Shown: positions 1-11,041, counted from the stretch's first letter. The stretch: 34,722 nucleotides of DNA from Catajapyx aquilonaris (GCA_000934665.2 KZ539062.1:1-34722); one strand, 5' to 3'. Translations and numbers: made by a program. Notes: a model not told the origin generated them from the letters alone.

Positions 1-250
1 CTGGCACACTGATTGGCGGGAGAAAAAGTCGCGGACGATTCCATAACAGTCCGACAATCTTTTTGACCGTGATAGTACAGGAGGTGCTCACAACCCATTG
101 GAGAGGAATATGGCTAAGATGCACACTTCAGTACGCCTTTGAATTACCGAGTAGCCACTGGGGGAGTAGCCTACTGTGAGAGGCTGCTGCTGCAGCAGAA
201 CGAGCCAGATGACAGTTTCATTGGACGCATCCTGTGGACTGAAACTTTAA
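1..250 (+). pseudogene. Degenerate Tc1/mariner (maT/DD37D-like) transposase fragment
   Basis: Manual translation of ~165-246 gives VAYCERLLLQQNEPDDSFIGRILWTE, resembling the R..FC.W....F...ILWTDE segment before the first catalytic Asp. The frame does not continue. Confidence 0.5.
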
Positions 251-580
251 AGGTGCTGCATGCAAAAACTATGCAATGTTCTCAAAAATTACTTTGACAT
301 CCCTATACTACTTTTGCGTGTCTAACCAGGCTATCTGGCAATTATCCGCAAGTTTATCTGCACCGGTATATGCGCTTCCTTTCTTCTTGTTGAGCAGTCC
401 CGTGGACTTTTTCAGCAACAAGAAGCCTTTAAAAAAATTGGCTGCCTCAAGTCTCTCTCTGGAGTGGCCTAGGCACAGACTGGTACAGCTCCTTCTAACA
501 AAAGAAAGGCATACAGTAGTGGCCATAATTATATTACCTTTTTGTTTTTTGGGCGTAACTTTTTTCAGAGTGATCCGCTT

Positions 581-898
581 GACATGGCACAAAATGTATG
601 GGCCAGTGGCCTTCCGTTCGATTTGCCTGAAAATGGGATATGTTGTAGCCCAGACTGTCCTGATCAATGTTGGATAGGGACATTTCGAGGTAGGACGTAC
701 AGGGAGCGTGCTAATATAATATGGGGAGTAGTTACTATACTCCCTATATTACCTTCGGAGGTCATTATCACACTCCCTGTAGGTCCTACCTTGAAATGTC
801 CCTATCTAACATTGATCAGGACAGTCTGGGCTACAACATATCCCATTTTCTGGCAATTCGAACAGAAGGCCACTGGCCCATACATTTTGTGCCATGTC
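581..898. mobile_element. Foldback/palindromic MITE-like element
   Basis: GACATGGCACAAAATGTATGGGCCAGTGGCC... (581) is the reverse complement of ...GGCCACTGGCCCATACATTTTGTGCCATGTC (898). Arms are ~135 bp with a self-complementary centre. No TSD recognised. Confidence 0.75.
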
Positions 899-1096
899 CT
901 TTTAACATTCTATGCACAATGGCATTTTAAAGAGAATATGTAAGTTTGAAGAATTTCTGAGTTGTAGAAGAAAATGTATTTACACATTGCAATAAGGCCA
1001 TATTTTAAAATGGAGTTGTGTAGCCGAAGTTACAATGTGCAGGTGTGCCTTTTTTTGGTTGAATCATAGTATAGCCAGATATTCAGGTTACAATTT

Positions 1097-1345
1097 GAAT
1101 GGGTTAGTGCCATAACGTGCTAAGCCACAAAACCTTCATTCTGAGATATGGGCTTTCAAAAGTTTGGCTTAATATGGCAAATCATACAAAACAAGGAACA
1201 TTATTCGTGATTTTCTCGTGATCTATGGGGAATTTTTCTAACTACGTGATGCCCACTTGTGAAGCCCGATGGTGGGACTTTCAGACACGTGCAAGCTCAA
1301 AAAACACAAAAGTGTGGCTTAGCACGTTATGGCACTAACCCCTTC
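1097..1345. mobile_element. MITE with 33-bp TIRs and ATTT TSD (Sola1-like)
   Basis: TIR GAATGGGTTAGTGCCATAACGTGCTAAGCCACA / TGTGGCTTAGCACGTTATGGCACTAACCCCTTC; flanked by ATTT at 1093-1096 and 1346-1349 (AWWT-type target). Confidence 0.75.
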
Positions 1346-1501
1346 ATTTGTAAACTACATTTTTAACAAACATGGTGTAAATTACCTCTAAGCATTAGCT
1401 GTTTTAACTGCAATAGTTATTGAGAAGGTATGAAATCATTTTGTACAGCCCAGAAGCAGACAGGTAGGTGTTGAAGAAAATGAAGTAAAGCCTTTTGTAT
1501 G

Positions 1502-1737
1502 CAGGGCGGGATTTAGGGGAAAGCTGAGTAGGCTGCAGCCTAGGGGCCCCCACCACAATGGGGCCCACACCACAAGAATTTTTTTAAAATTATAAAAAAA
1601 AAACAATAGTACAGCCATTTTCAAACTTCATTGTATTTTACAGTTTAAACTATTAAAGGTATCATTTATGGCACGTACATGGTATAACGTTCTTTGGCCC
1701 CAGTGAAGGGGCCCCCACCACACTTAATCCGGCGCTG
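1502..1737. mobile_element. hAT-type MITE
   Basis: Termini CAGGGCGGGATTTAG...TTAATCCGGCGCTG; internal GGGGCCCCCACCAC repeats; 8-bp TSD TTTGTATG / CTTGTATG (7/8). Confidence 0.75.
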
Positions 1738-1872
1738 CTTGTATGGACAAGGACTATTAAAGCAGACTGAAACACAAATTATATTCGTTTTAATTTAATG
1801 ATCATATAGGCTTAAAGGACTAGATGGGAATTGTACAAAGAATAGTTGACTAATTCTAGTAATTTGTTACAG

Positions 1873-2041
1873 ATTACACATTGGGAAAGGTGTTCAGTTG
1901 GACCTACGAGGTGAAGGCGATGTCTGGCTCAGGTGCTTAAGTGACCACAGTGTCTTTGTGCAGAGCTATTATTTAGACCGTGAGGCTGGCCGAGCACCAG
2001 GCGATGCTGTGCATAAGATTTATCCCTGCGCCTATATCAAG
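1873..2041 (+). CDS. SMAD4: Medea/SMAD4 coding exon ([10 protein letters not shown]...IYPCAYIK)
   Basis: ttacag acceptor at 1872, gtaatt donor at 2042; open frame matches MH2. Confidence 0.95.
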
Positions 2042-5000
2042 GTAATTTAGTTTTTAAAAACTATCAAATGCTTGATGGCAGTATTTGACAATATTTGACT
2101 ATTTGTTCCACTAGGTTTTTGATCTGCGTCAGTGTCATCGTCAAATGCAGCAGCAGGCCGCAACAGCTCAGGCGGCGGCGGCTGCCCAGGCAGCGGCTGT
2201 GGCTGGGCACATTCCCAGCCCACACTCAGTTGGAGGAATAGCACCTGCAATGAGTAAGTCTGTGGGCAAAAATTGTAGTTTTTTATTGGCTCATGTGTAA
2301 TGAATCAGAAAAGGTGTTGAATCAGTTTAGGATCCCTTGTTCTACAATTAGCTATTAGCTATGCAGTATCTCCTCTCTTGCAATACTTACCGCAGCTCCC
2401 AGTATCATGACCAAGCCCAATGGCCAATTTGCCTCTCTGCAGAGCGATTTAAAAATTATCCCTTGCATCATTCTGCATGAATTTGCTAGGTGTTATGCTT
2501 TGGTACATGTGGTGGACATAGTAGGGACAGAAAGTGTTGCCTATAGTTGGGGATAATAGGGTGTATAGTGTGTTTTGATTCATAACAAGAATTTCTGTAA
2601 TAAAATGTTGGTGACCGCATAAATATTACATACATAGATGAACAAAATATCAGGATAGCACACTGGTGTAGGGGTGACCACCACAGCCTTCCACCCCTGA
2701 GGGCCCAAGACCATGTATTGTAACAAGGGAACCTCGCGAAGTGCTACGCGAACTGCATGTTCAAATAATTTTTTTCGGATTCACCTGCTAGAAAGAAAGT
2801 ACCCTTCCGGAGAAACCCTCTATCGCAAGTGTTTTTGAGATACGAGGGTCAAAAATGGAACACTTTACGAAAGGCCCTGAGGAAGCTATCATTAGTGCCA
2901 CCCCAGTGCAACTCCGTTTTTATCACCTAGGTTTCCCCCTCCGACCCCTGTGATGGTAGTGCAGCATATCGTAGTTAGGTAGGGTGCCGCTAGGCTTTAG
3001 TGCCGGGGCTTGACCCGTTCCTTCAGTTACATTTAAGTCATAGTCGGCACACAGCGAATCTGGTGGCGGAACGCGACGGACCAAGACTCCCAAACCGCCA
3101 ATTCAAATCTAGTAGGCATGGTCTGTTCCGGTCCGTTCATTTCCCCTCCGGTTCCCCCGCCATTCTCAATTAATAGTAATAATTTTCGTCGCAGTGAGGG
3201 GTGTGGCTCGATGCACTCACGCTAAGAAGCTGTCGGGTGGGACTCTTGAGATCCACGCGATAAGGGGGCTAGTTTCCAGACCTGTATACAGGGTGTTTCC
3301 TGTAACTCTGTCAAGACTTGCAGGGGTAATAGAGGGGACCAAGACAAGTATTTTTGACATAGGAACCCGTGTCCGGAAACGTCATCTAGAGGGGGTTCAT
3401 AGACAAGGAACGGGTGCGCTCAGACGCTTCACGTGGGAGGCGCTAGGCGAGCTGACTGTTTTGTTGACAGATGGCGCTCGGATAATAAAAACCAGCCCCC
3501 GGACACTTATACTACATTCTGATCTTATCGCCTGCCGGGGCATTTTGCAGGGGGTACTCACCTGAGAGCACCATCTCTGGTATGTGGTGACCCTACCTGA
3601 CTACGCTGAACTTTATAGGTACAAAAGGGAAGCGCTACATGCAGGCCCAACATGGCCACCGGCGACCATGTTGGGTCCCCCAATGTATGGCTTCCCTTTT
3701 GTACCTATAAAGTTCAGTGTAGTCCAGTAGGGTCGCCACATATAGGCAATGGATTTCTTAGAGTGAACTGCTGGGCCCATGGCCCCGCCCCCAAACAAAC
3801 TTCTCTCCTCCCTCCTCCCTCCTCCCCAACTTCTCCCCCCACCACTTTGGCACCATGACAACATGTATCCCTCCGCCAGAGGGACACCTTATTCCGATGG
3901 TGCTTATGCGCGCCGAAAAGAAGTGAAAAGAAGAGATTCGAACACCGTTTCCTTGGATTCGGAACAATGCTTCGAAATTACGCGGGCACGGATCCCGATG
4001 CTCTTTTGTCTCTCGCCTTGAAAGTAGTCCCCATGTGGCAAGGTTGCTGATTTTAATTTTTCTATTACGCTATTCTAAATAATGCTTTAGTGTTCATAAA
4101 TTATGTCAGAACCAAGTAATTGATATCGGTCGAATTCCTTTTTAAAATACACCGTCAATTACATTTATGTATTTTCACCAGGTGGCAACCTTACTGTGAC
4201 GCACGGTCATACAAGCGACCCCATTGGTTCGCCCGGGGGGGCGTGTCTGTTCACTCTAAGAAATCCGTTGCCTATACCAGTGCTCTGAAATGACTCATGG
4301 TGCTCTCAGGTGAGGACCCCCTTGCAAAATGCCCCGGCAGGGGGTGGGTGGGAGTGACCAGACCTGAGTATTCTAAGATCATGGTAAAAACCGATGCGAT
4401 GTGCCATAACCTGGCAACAGCAGAGCTATCTAACAACTAAAGTCCGCCTCCTAGGAGATGCGCGGAGAGTAAAAAGCGGTTCTGTTGTTGACAGGTTATG
4501 GGTTCCCCGTCATTGTTTGCTTACTACGACGCGATACACCAAAACCTGGCAACAACTGCTCGGCATCTATCAACAAAACAGTCCGCTCGCCTAGCGCCTC
4601 CCGCGTGAAGCGTATGAGCGCCCCATTTCTTTGTCTATGAACCCCCTCTAGATGGCGTTTCCGGACACAGGTTCCTATGTCAAAAATATACTTGTCTTGG
4701 TCCCCTCTATTACCCCTGCAAGTCTTGACAGAGTTACAGGAACCACCCTGTATATATATACAAAAACTCCTCTGCCATGATTAGTGCTATCAGTGAGATT
4801 TTTGGTACTTGACAGTTTCTTGGGATGGGGAATATAATGGCAGCAGTGGATATTGTGAATTATGCAAGTTAAGGTTACTTCTCAGGGGGTGGGAAGGGGG
4901 AGGCAGGGCGGATTTTTTTTATTTTTTAAACAGCATTTTCAATGGGTGGTAGTGTGTGTATGGAAGAAGCCAGGAATGGGTCCGAAGGGCCTGGAATGAT

Positions 5001-6187
5001 CTGTTTTGGAGATGTCGACCGTTGACATCGACAGTGTCCATCCTTGCAATAACCCCCGCACATGCTTGCATTGCATGTGGCTGGACCCAGGGGCTCTCAC
5101 CTCCAGATAGTAGCTCAACCGCCTGGCTCCAGCCACAAGCAATGCTGGCATGTGCGGGAGTATTCACAATTGCAAGGATGGAATCTCCAAAATGGATAAT
5201 CGCAGGACCGTCGGACCCATTCCCGGCTTCTTCCATATGCACACCCTACCAACTGTTGAAAATGATGTTTTAAAATTATTATTATCCCCCCCCCCCCCTT
5301 CCTACCCCCTGAGAAGGCTCTTAAATAGGCTCTAAAAATCAAGCAGGTCCTAATTTATTTCCAGTCCCATGTTACAGCATACTCTTGGCCATGTAATTTA
5401 GCAACACACTGACAAATGAGCAGTTGTTCCATATTTTAGTTTTTAAAATTATTATTTGTTGGCGATGCCTGTGTGACAGTACGCTGAATGTGACCTTTCG
5501 ATGTCACACAAAGCAACTGGATCATTCTTGAAAAGTTCAATGTATTGTACAGCCAGTTCATCCGGGATGTCTATAGGCTACAGCTTCTTCGCTATTCACA
5601 GATTGAAGTGGGAGGGAGACTTGAATGTAAAACACGTAAAAACTGCCGAAAATATTACAAAAAGGCGTCCAAAAGACGTAAATAGGTGAAAATAGGCCAT
5701 TTAGGTCCCAACGTCCGAAATAGGCACTTTTAGGTTTTATAAAACTACGATTTTTGAGGTCCTTGTGTTATGAAACGGATAGATATTTCGCTTCCGGTGT
5801 TCTGCCTACAATATAAAAAGTAGGTAAAAATCTAGAAATCCATTCTTTGGTCATGGGCAACAGATGATAAATGGGTTTATTCTTTACCTTGCAGCAGGCT
5901 GTACTGACTTACCATTGGTGGGTCTAAGTGCTGCAGCAGGTATTGGTGTCGATGATTTGCGTCGGCTGTGTATCCTTCGCCTCAGTTTCGTCAAAGGTTG
6001 GGGTCCTGATTATCCTCGCCAGTCCATCAAAGAAACACCATGTTGGATCGAGGTAAATTGAGAGTCTCCCTGATGATTCTTTGTGATCAACTTAACCATC
6101 TTTCAGGTCCACTTGCATCGTGCTCTTCAACTGTTGGATGAAGTTCTCCACACGATGCCAATTGATGGACTTCGGACAATTGAATAA
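1873..6187 (+). CDS. SMAD4: Medea / SMAD4 (co-Smad), 3' part: last four coding exons encoding the C-terminal MH2 domain; 5' exons lie outside the window
   Basis: Exons 1873-2041, 2115-2253, 5895/5898-6052 and 6107-6187 have AG/GT boundaries and compatible phases. They translate to [51 protein letters not shown]...[31 protein letters not shown]...[61 protein letters not shown], the SMAD4 signature. Confidence 0.97.
2115..2253 (+). CDS. SMAD4: Medea/SMAD4 coding exon ([10 protein letters not shown]...GGIAPAM)
   Basis: cactag acceptor at 2114, gtaagt donor at 2254; contains the SMAD4-specific Gln/Ala-rich insert. Confidence 0.95.
3581..3742. mobile_element. Short palindromic MITE nested in 3289-4750
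   Basis: TATGTGGTGACCCTACCTGACTACGCTGAACTTTATAGGTACAAAAGGGAAGC is inverted as GCTTCCCTTTTGTACCTATAAAGTTCAGTGTAGTCCAGTAGGGTCGCCACATA. Confidence 0.7.
3741..4276. mobile_element. MITE with 28-bp TIRs nested in 3289-4750
   Basis: TATAGGCAATGGATTTCTTAGAGTGAAC / GTTCACTCTAAGAAATCCGTTGCCTATA (27/28 match), TA-bounded. Confidence 0.75.
4869..5324. mobile_element. Foldback MITE (~450 bp), TTAA-bounded
   Basis: CTTCTCAGGGGGTGGGAAGGGG / CCCCTTCCTACCCCCTGAGAAG and ATGGAAGAAGCCAGGAATGGGTCCGA / TCGGACCCATTCCCGGCTTCTTCCAT; inversion continues almost to the centre. Confidence 0.75.
5898..6052 (+). CDS. SMAD4: Medea/SMAD4 coding exon (…[14 protein letters not shown]…TPCWIE)
   Basis: Tandem CAGCAG acceptor (exon start 5895 or 5898), gtaaat donor at 6053. 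The exact 5' boundary is uncertain. Confidence 0.88.
6107..6187 (+). CDS. SMAD4: Medea/SMAD4 terminal coding exon ([26 protein letters not shown])
   Basis: tttcag acceptor at 6106 after a 54-nt intron; TAA at 6185-6187. Confidence 0.95.
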   Translation, partial: VHLHRALQLLDEVLHTMPIDGLRTIE

Positions 6188-7498
6188 GCATGCAATGTGG
6201 TTGCATATTTGCCCCAACCTTCTTGGCTGCTGTGTTTTTTTGTGCTGTCCTGTAATTTATTGTTGGCTGAGAGGAAGAGGATGTGAAGTGACTGTTGCTC
6301 ACATTTGTTAAAAAGTGGCAGTATGCTTGTGATAAGCATGAGGAAACGAACGCAGAACTGGCATGTGCATCATACATTAATTTATCTTCCTGCACATGTT
6401 CAAACTGCTCTCAACACCCTAGGAGTAGCTGCAGAGACTTTGTATTTGCAAGGGTGCTCAAGTTGGGAGGTTCCCCAACTATATGGCCACAGCTGCTTGT
6501 CCCACATGGTGGAAATGCTGCATGCACCCGGCATCGTGTTGTATGTATCGAGTATTTGAGATACGGGTAGGAAGGGAGCCTCACATACACATGAGAGGCT
6601 CTGGAATTGTTCTCTTGTGAAAAGAAGTTTTAGCTTGTAAAATTGTTTGACTCAAGTTCAAGAAAATTTATTGTATAGCTCATTGAATCTTCGCTTCTTG
6701 GGTGTAGGAGCTGATATTGTGTATTTATACTGTAAAAGTGATTGTTTTAACTCAAAGTGTGAGAGATAGTCTTGCGTGCAAGAGGAAGGCAAGTTTTAAA
6801 TGACCCTATGAGAGCTACGGAGAAAGAAAATGCTTTTTACAACTATTTGTTTATTTTCTGTTGTCCCTGATTGCCACCTGTGGTAGACCTGTCACATTAC
6901 AACAGGGTGAAATTTGGAAGCAGAACCTCATTGCATTGGCAGTGGTAAAGCAGACAAGGCTTGCTTCATGGTAGATGTTCTAAGTAGCAAAAAAAAAAAA
7001 AATCCACCAATCAACTTTGAGGTCATTCTTACATTGGCAGCATTCTTGCACCACTATGTTGCTAAATAGCGTAGTATTGGCATAAGAGCATTCTCAATGT
7101 TCATTGATGAAATGCCCTGACCTCATTGTGTAGAAAAGTCACGTAAACAGGCCTTCATGCTGCGAAGTACAAAGTGACATTTGCTCATCTCATTGTCAGT
7201 GGCTGGTGCTCAAAATAATGAGTACAGACTGGCAACCTCTAGGCATAATTGTAGTGAGTGCGCTGTCATGTAGGACAACAATTTAGTTAACTTTCAGGCA
7301 CTAGTTGGTAGACACTGACAACAGCCTTCATGCCTTAGCATGGGTACCACACAGCATAAAACATTCCAATAGTTTTGATGAAGGGCCTGTTGTGGTCACA
7401 GGTACATAACTAATAATATCCTCTGGAACACTACCTCTGCTCACCCAAGCTCTCAGGACATTTTAGTTGTAGGCATGCTACGTGACAGGCAACTGTGG

Positions 7499-7644
7499 TA
7501 GTGTTGGGCATTAATCGCATCCTACTGCAAGTGACATTTTCCGAAGCGACAGAAGAACGAATCGAAGCAATGGATAGTGCGAGCAAGATTCTTCCGCTTT
7601 GGAAAATGTCACTGGCAGTACGACGCAATTAATGTCCAACATTG
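7499..7644. mobile_element. Old hAT-like palindromic MITE in the presumptive Medea 3' UTR
   Basis: TAGTGTTGGGCATTAATCGCATCCTACTGCAAGTGACATTTTCC / GGAAAATGTCACTGGCAGTACGACGCAATTAATGTCCAACATTG; degenerate 8-bp flanks sharing ACTGT. Confidence 0.6.
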
Positions 7645-8514
7645 TACTGTACCTTGGATGGTCACATGATTCTAGGATTTGTTGATTTGGATCATGTGAC
7701 TGGCAAGGTTGCTGCAGTAACTTCTGAAGTAACTGGCCTATAATTGTCATTAAAATATTTGTGAAAGATTTAGTTAGCTACATTGAAACTTGCACTCAAC
7801 AGGCACATTCCTTTCTTAAAATGCCTGCAAAATAGTGTGGAGCTGGCGCGGAGATTAGAGATTTGTGGGCCACTAACTAGTCCAGGTATTGTCAAGAGTC
7901 TACTCATTAGGTGTAAAACCTTCGAGAGGGTGTATGAGAGCTTGTTGATTGCAACAATGATAATGAAATAATCTTGAGACAAACTGTTGTATTTAACTTC
8001 TCTGATCCTGACATGTTGGGCATTCTATCTTTTCACATGGTAAAATACATTTGATGCAGCAAAACAGCCAATGTTATGGATGAAGAAGATTCCCCTCGTC
8101 ATATCGCGGCTTTTTCCAATACTTTCAGATTGGCAAAATCCAGTAGAACTTCTCCTTGTATAGGGTTGGGGTTCCCTACACCTACAGTTAGGTTGGAAAA
8201 TTAGAATTCGGAAGGGGTACAGTGCAAATTACTACATATTTGAACCTGAATTACAACTGCCCCTCACACTTACTCAAACACGGGGTTCTTTTAAGGAAAG
8301 CAATTTACATCACAGTTAAATGCAACACGAGGTGGTCACTCCCAAAACAGGCATCAGTGTTGATTCCTTTCAACACCGGGAACTGCTTTCATTGGTAGCA
8401 GGAGGGAATGAGCTCTCTCTTGCAAGGTTTCACAAGGACAGGTGTAGAAAAATACACTACTACTGATTATCCCTGTTGCAGATTATCCGTGCATCATCAG
8501 AAACAGAAGTTAGA

Positions 8515-8520
8515 AATAAA
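8515..8520 (+). promoter_or_regulatory. Candidate Medea polyadenylation signal (AATAAA)
   Basis: First canonical AATAAA I noticed downstream of the Medea stop, just before the convergent GPANK1 3' end. Confidence 0.4.
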
Positions 8521-8602
8521 AGTCTGAAAGAATGTCGATGTCTTGTGAACAAAGAAATGTAACAGAATTTATCCAGAAGACAAACCAAAAATCTGTGGTA
8601 AA

Positions 8603-8608
8603 TTTATT
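8603..8608 (-). promoter_or_regulatory. Candidate GPANK1 polyadenylation signal (AATAAA on -)
   Basis: TTTATT on +, 170 nt beyond the GPANK1 stop. Confidence 0.5.
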
Positions 8609-8777
8609 ATTTTGTTTAAAAAAAATGTCATTTAAAGCAGCATGCAGTATGTACAGTATTTCATATTTACTGTATCAAGGGCCACTTATGGATTATCCAT
8701 GTTTTTTGTTGATCCTGGCACACCCATGCATTCATTAGTACAGATAATCGGGAGTACAGGGTACATGGTAAACCATT

Positions 8778-9839
8778 CTAATCATAGGAATTTAGTTCTT
8801 GGCGCCACCATTTCTCTTTCCACTTGGCACGTTCTTCTTTCATATGTCGCAGCTGCCGTCCCACTGACTTATTTCCATGCACTCTCACTCGACCACCTAT
8901 GGCAGCAGTGTCAAAAGCACCAAAATGAGTTACACGAGGCTTCTCACCACTGCTTCCCAGCCCTCTTCTGTCCCTTTTCAACACTGTCTTTGGTGGATAC
9001 TTGTTCCCACTTCCACTGGGTCCCAACCCTTCTTCTCGGTTCCATCCACTTCGGATCAACATTTGAAAGCCCCTGTTGTGTTGAGGGATGACATAGGAGC
9101 AAGGAACCTGCCGCCCAAAGCCATCGTTGAAGAGATGAAGGGTGGACCACTTGTGTTGGCGTGTTGTTGTCTCTCGAAATGTTTGATTGCACTGGGGGCA
9201 GTGGAACTCAGCTTTTTTCTCAAGTTTCTCTCCCTGCAGCCCTCGTTGCAGCCATTTCCGTGCAGTCTCCTCGTGAAATGCTGCAATTATGAGGGCAACT
9301 TGTTGGTGCTTCTGTTGCAGAGCAAGATCTGATGCAGTTTTACCTGATTTATTGACAGCATGGATGTCAGCACCATTAGACAACAAGAGCTTTGTAGTAT
9401 ATTTTGCTCCAGCACAAGCTGCGCACATAAGGGGTGTCCAACCATGCATGTCTCTTCCATTCACATTCACCCCTGATTTCAGGCACTCTATAACTGTTTT
9501 ATAATCATCACAATCTGCAGCTTTGAGCAGGCTGTTGAACAAGCCATCTGCACAACCCTTGCTTGGTTTTTCAGCTGCCTTCAGACTGCTACTTGCCACA
9601 TCCTTTGTGTGAGTAACGGCTACAGTAGGATTATCTTGTTTATTTGGTTGCACCTGGCCTTGTGTGCTGCTGGTGTTGATCACTTCCTCATAAAATAGAC
9701 GAGCCTGTTCCCCATGTACACCTTCAATTGTATGTGCCTTTTGACCAGGTTCTTTGTTGCCATCATTTGCTGCCGATGGCTGGACAAAGACTTTCCACCT
9801 TATATCCACAGTCGCGAGTGCTTTCCAGTTTGGATGCAT
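8778..9839 (-). CDS. GPANK1: G-patch domain and ankyrin repeat-containing protein 1 homolog (353 aa, single coding exon)
   Basis: Ankyrin repeats (…GVNVNGRDMHGWTPLMCAACAG…LLLSNGADIHAVNKSGKTASDLA), a CPQC…HKWSTLH zinc-finger-like motif, a G-patch (NRGFQMLIRSGWNREEGLGPSGSG) and the downstream TVLKRDRRGLG…PRVTHF motif. A splice acceptor (cttctag) sits 2 nt before the ATG. Confidence 0.93.
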   Translation of the reverse strand: MHPNWKALATVDIRWKVFVQPSAANDGNKEPGQKAHTIEGVHGEQARLFYEEVINTSSTQGQVQPNKQDNPTVAVTHTKDVASSSLKAAEKPSKGCADGLFNSLLKAADCDDYKTVIECLKSGVNVNGRDMHGWTPLMCAACAGAKYTTKLLLSNGADIHAVNKSGKTASDLALQQKHQQVALIIAAFHEETARKWLQRGLQGEKLEKKAEFHCPQCNQTFRETTTRQHKWSTLHLFNDGFGRQVPCSYVIPQHNRGFQMLIRSGWNREEGLGPSGSGNKYPPKTVLKRDRRGLGSSGEKPRVTHFGAFDTAAIGGRVRVHGNKSVGRQLRHMKEERAKWKEKWWRQELNSYD

Positions 9840-10042
9840 GCCTAGAAGATATTAACAGGTAAACCTTGCCACTCATACAGGTACAAACGATAGACCTACC
9901 TGTAAACAGCCAACTACTCCTCAATAAATGCAATAGAGCCCTTGCAGTGTTGCACAACAGCTACTCATCTGAACTGTAAATGAGAAGCCACATTAGTCAG
10001 CTCATAGGGAAATCCTTCATGCCACATGTAACAGCAACTTAC

Positions 10043-10279
10043 TTGATCACGCTGCCACAGACCATTCCCTGCCTCCTGCGAGAGTTTTCTCAACGTTTTC
10101 ACCGTGGTTTTTTCACCATCATCACCACGACCTGGCGTCGCCGTAGAGAGGCGTTCCGCTGTACCGCTGTTTATTTGGTTCTCATTGTTCCTTCTGTTAT
10201 TTGTACTACCCGTTCCGTTCCGCTTAACATGGCGCTCATCTTCCCACATGGCCGCCCTCGGACGTGCTCATATACTCCT
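10043..10279. promoter_or_regulatory. Probable bidirectional promoter / first exons of GPANK1 (-) and PTGR1 (+)
   Basis: CpG-richer island; minus-strand donor GTAAGT at 10042-10037; plus-strand AACATGGCG (YY1-like) at 10226-10234; plus donor GTAAGA at 10280. Confidence 0.55.
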
Positions 10280-10729
10280 GTAAGACCACGGGCAGGGCCC
10301 CCACCTCCAGCCTGGGACAAGGAAGATCAGGCACCCACCTTCCCCAGGCAGAACTCCTCATGTGTGACTTGGGCAAACTAGAGCATCACTAACACTAATT
10401 GTATGTCAAAGCAAAAGCCGGCAAAAGCACATGCCGAGCATGTGCCCGTGGCTGTCAGATTGTGTCAAAGGCGGACATAATTGAACAAACTGTGGTGCCC
10501 TCTGGCTGGAATACCTGCTGACTGTGCATATAAATCGGACGCCTGAGGGGTTGAAGGCCACACGGTGCTTCCCTGAGACCCTGACTAGATTAGTCAATCG
10601 GTGATTATCTAAGGCGTCTTGAGTGTTCCACCTCGGCAGCTCCAATAAGTGAAGTAATAGGTATGATTTTTTTTGCAGTTTTTCAGAGAAAGTAGTAGAC
10701 AACAGTGTTTGCCCAGTGTTTCAGGCAGA

Positions 10730-10817
10730 ATGCTTAAAGGTTTTCTGGTGCTTCAAAGAGCTGCATTATTTTCCACCAACAAGCACAGTTTATTTGCTTG
10801 CAGCACAAGATATCTAG
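10730..10817 (+). CDS. PTGR1: Putative PTGR1 upstream coding exon (exon ~10679-10817) encoding a mitochondrial-presequence-like peptide
   Basis: ttttttttgcag acceptor at 10678; ATG 10730 gives MLKGFLVLQRAALFSTNKHSLFACSTRYL; G|gtaaag donor (phase 1) joins in frame to exon 13163 (…ASKMVKAKKF). Confidence 0.65.
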
Positions 10818-11041
10818 GTAAAGGTGGATTGTGTTTCTTGCACTTGACTGCAGGGGTATAGGGTACATGACATGTGTACCCTTAATGTGTGAAGTCATCA
10901 ATGTTGCAGGGGTATAAAAGGAAAATGACTCTCATTCGGGAATTACTGTAATAAATGTTTTTTTTTGCTGAGATACTATTTTTTATGACAGCTGCTAATT
11001 ATTGTTGAGGATACCTGTTGCATGCAATGCGTTTTGTAATT

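Larger units (their letters stand above)
3289..4750. mobile_element. Tc1/mariner-type non-autonomous element with ~190-bp TIRs, carrying nested insertions
   Basis: TA|CAGGGTGTTTCCTGTAACTCTGTCAAGACTTGCAGGGG...CCCCTGCAAGTCTTGACAGAGTTACAGGAACCACCCTG|TA; second inverted segment 3531-3574 vs 4297-4341. Confidence 0.88.

Noticed and set aside
276..943. Overlapping ORFs of 69-133 aa on both strands
   Set aside because: They span a palindromic MITE (the same peptide appears on both strands), have no recognisable domain, and lie in a Medea intron.
2661..2908. Possible CACTGG…CCAGTG TIR pair
   Set aside because: Only ~6-8 matching bases and no TSD.
8642..9504. Plus-strand and alternative-frame ORFs up to 151 aa
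   Set aside because: Shadow ORFs of the GPANK1 coding exon.
9965..10381. 94-aa (-) and 133-aa (+) ORFs across the promoter
   Set aside because: No domain similarity; better explained as GC-rich promoter and first exons with splice donors inside them.
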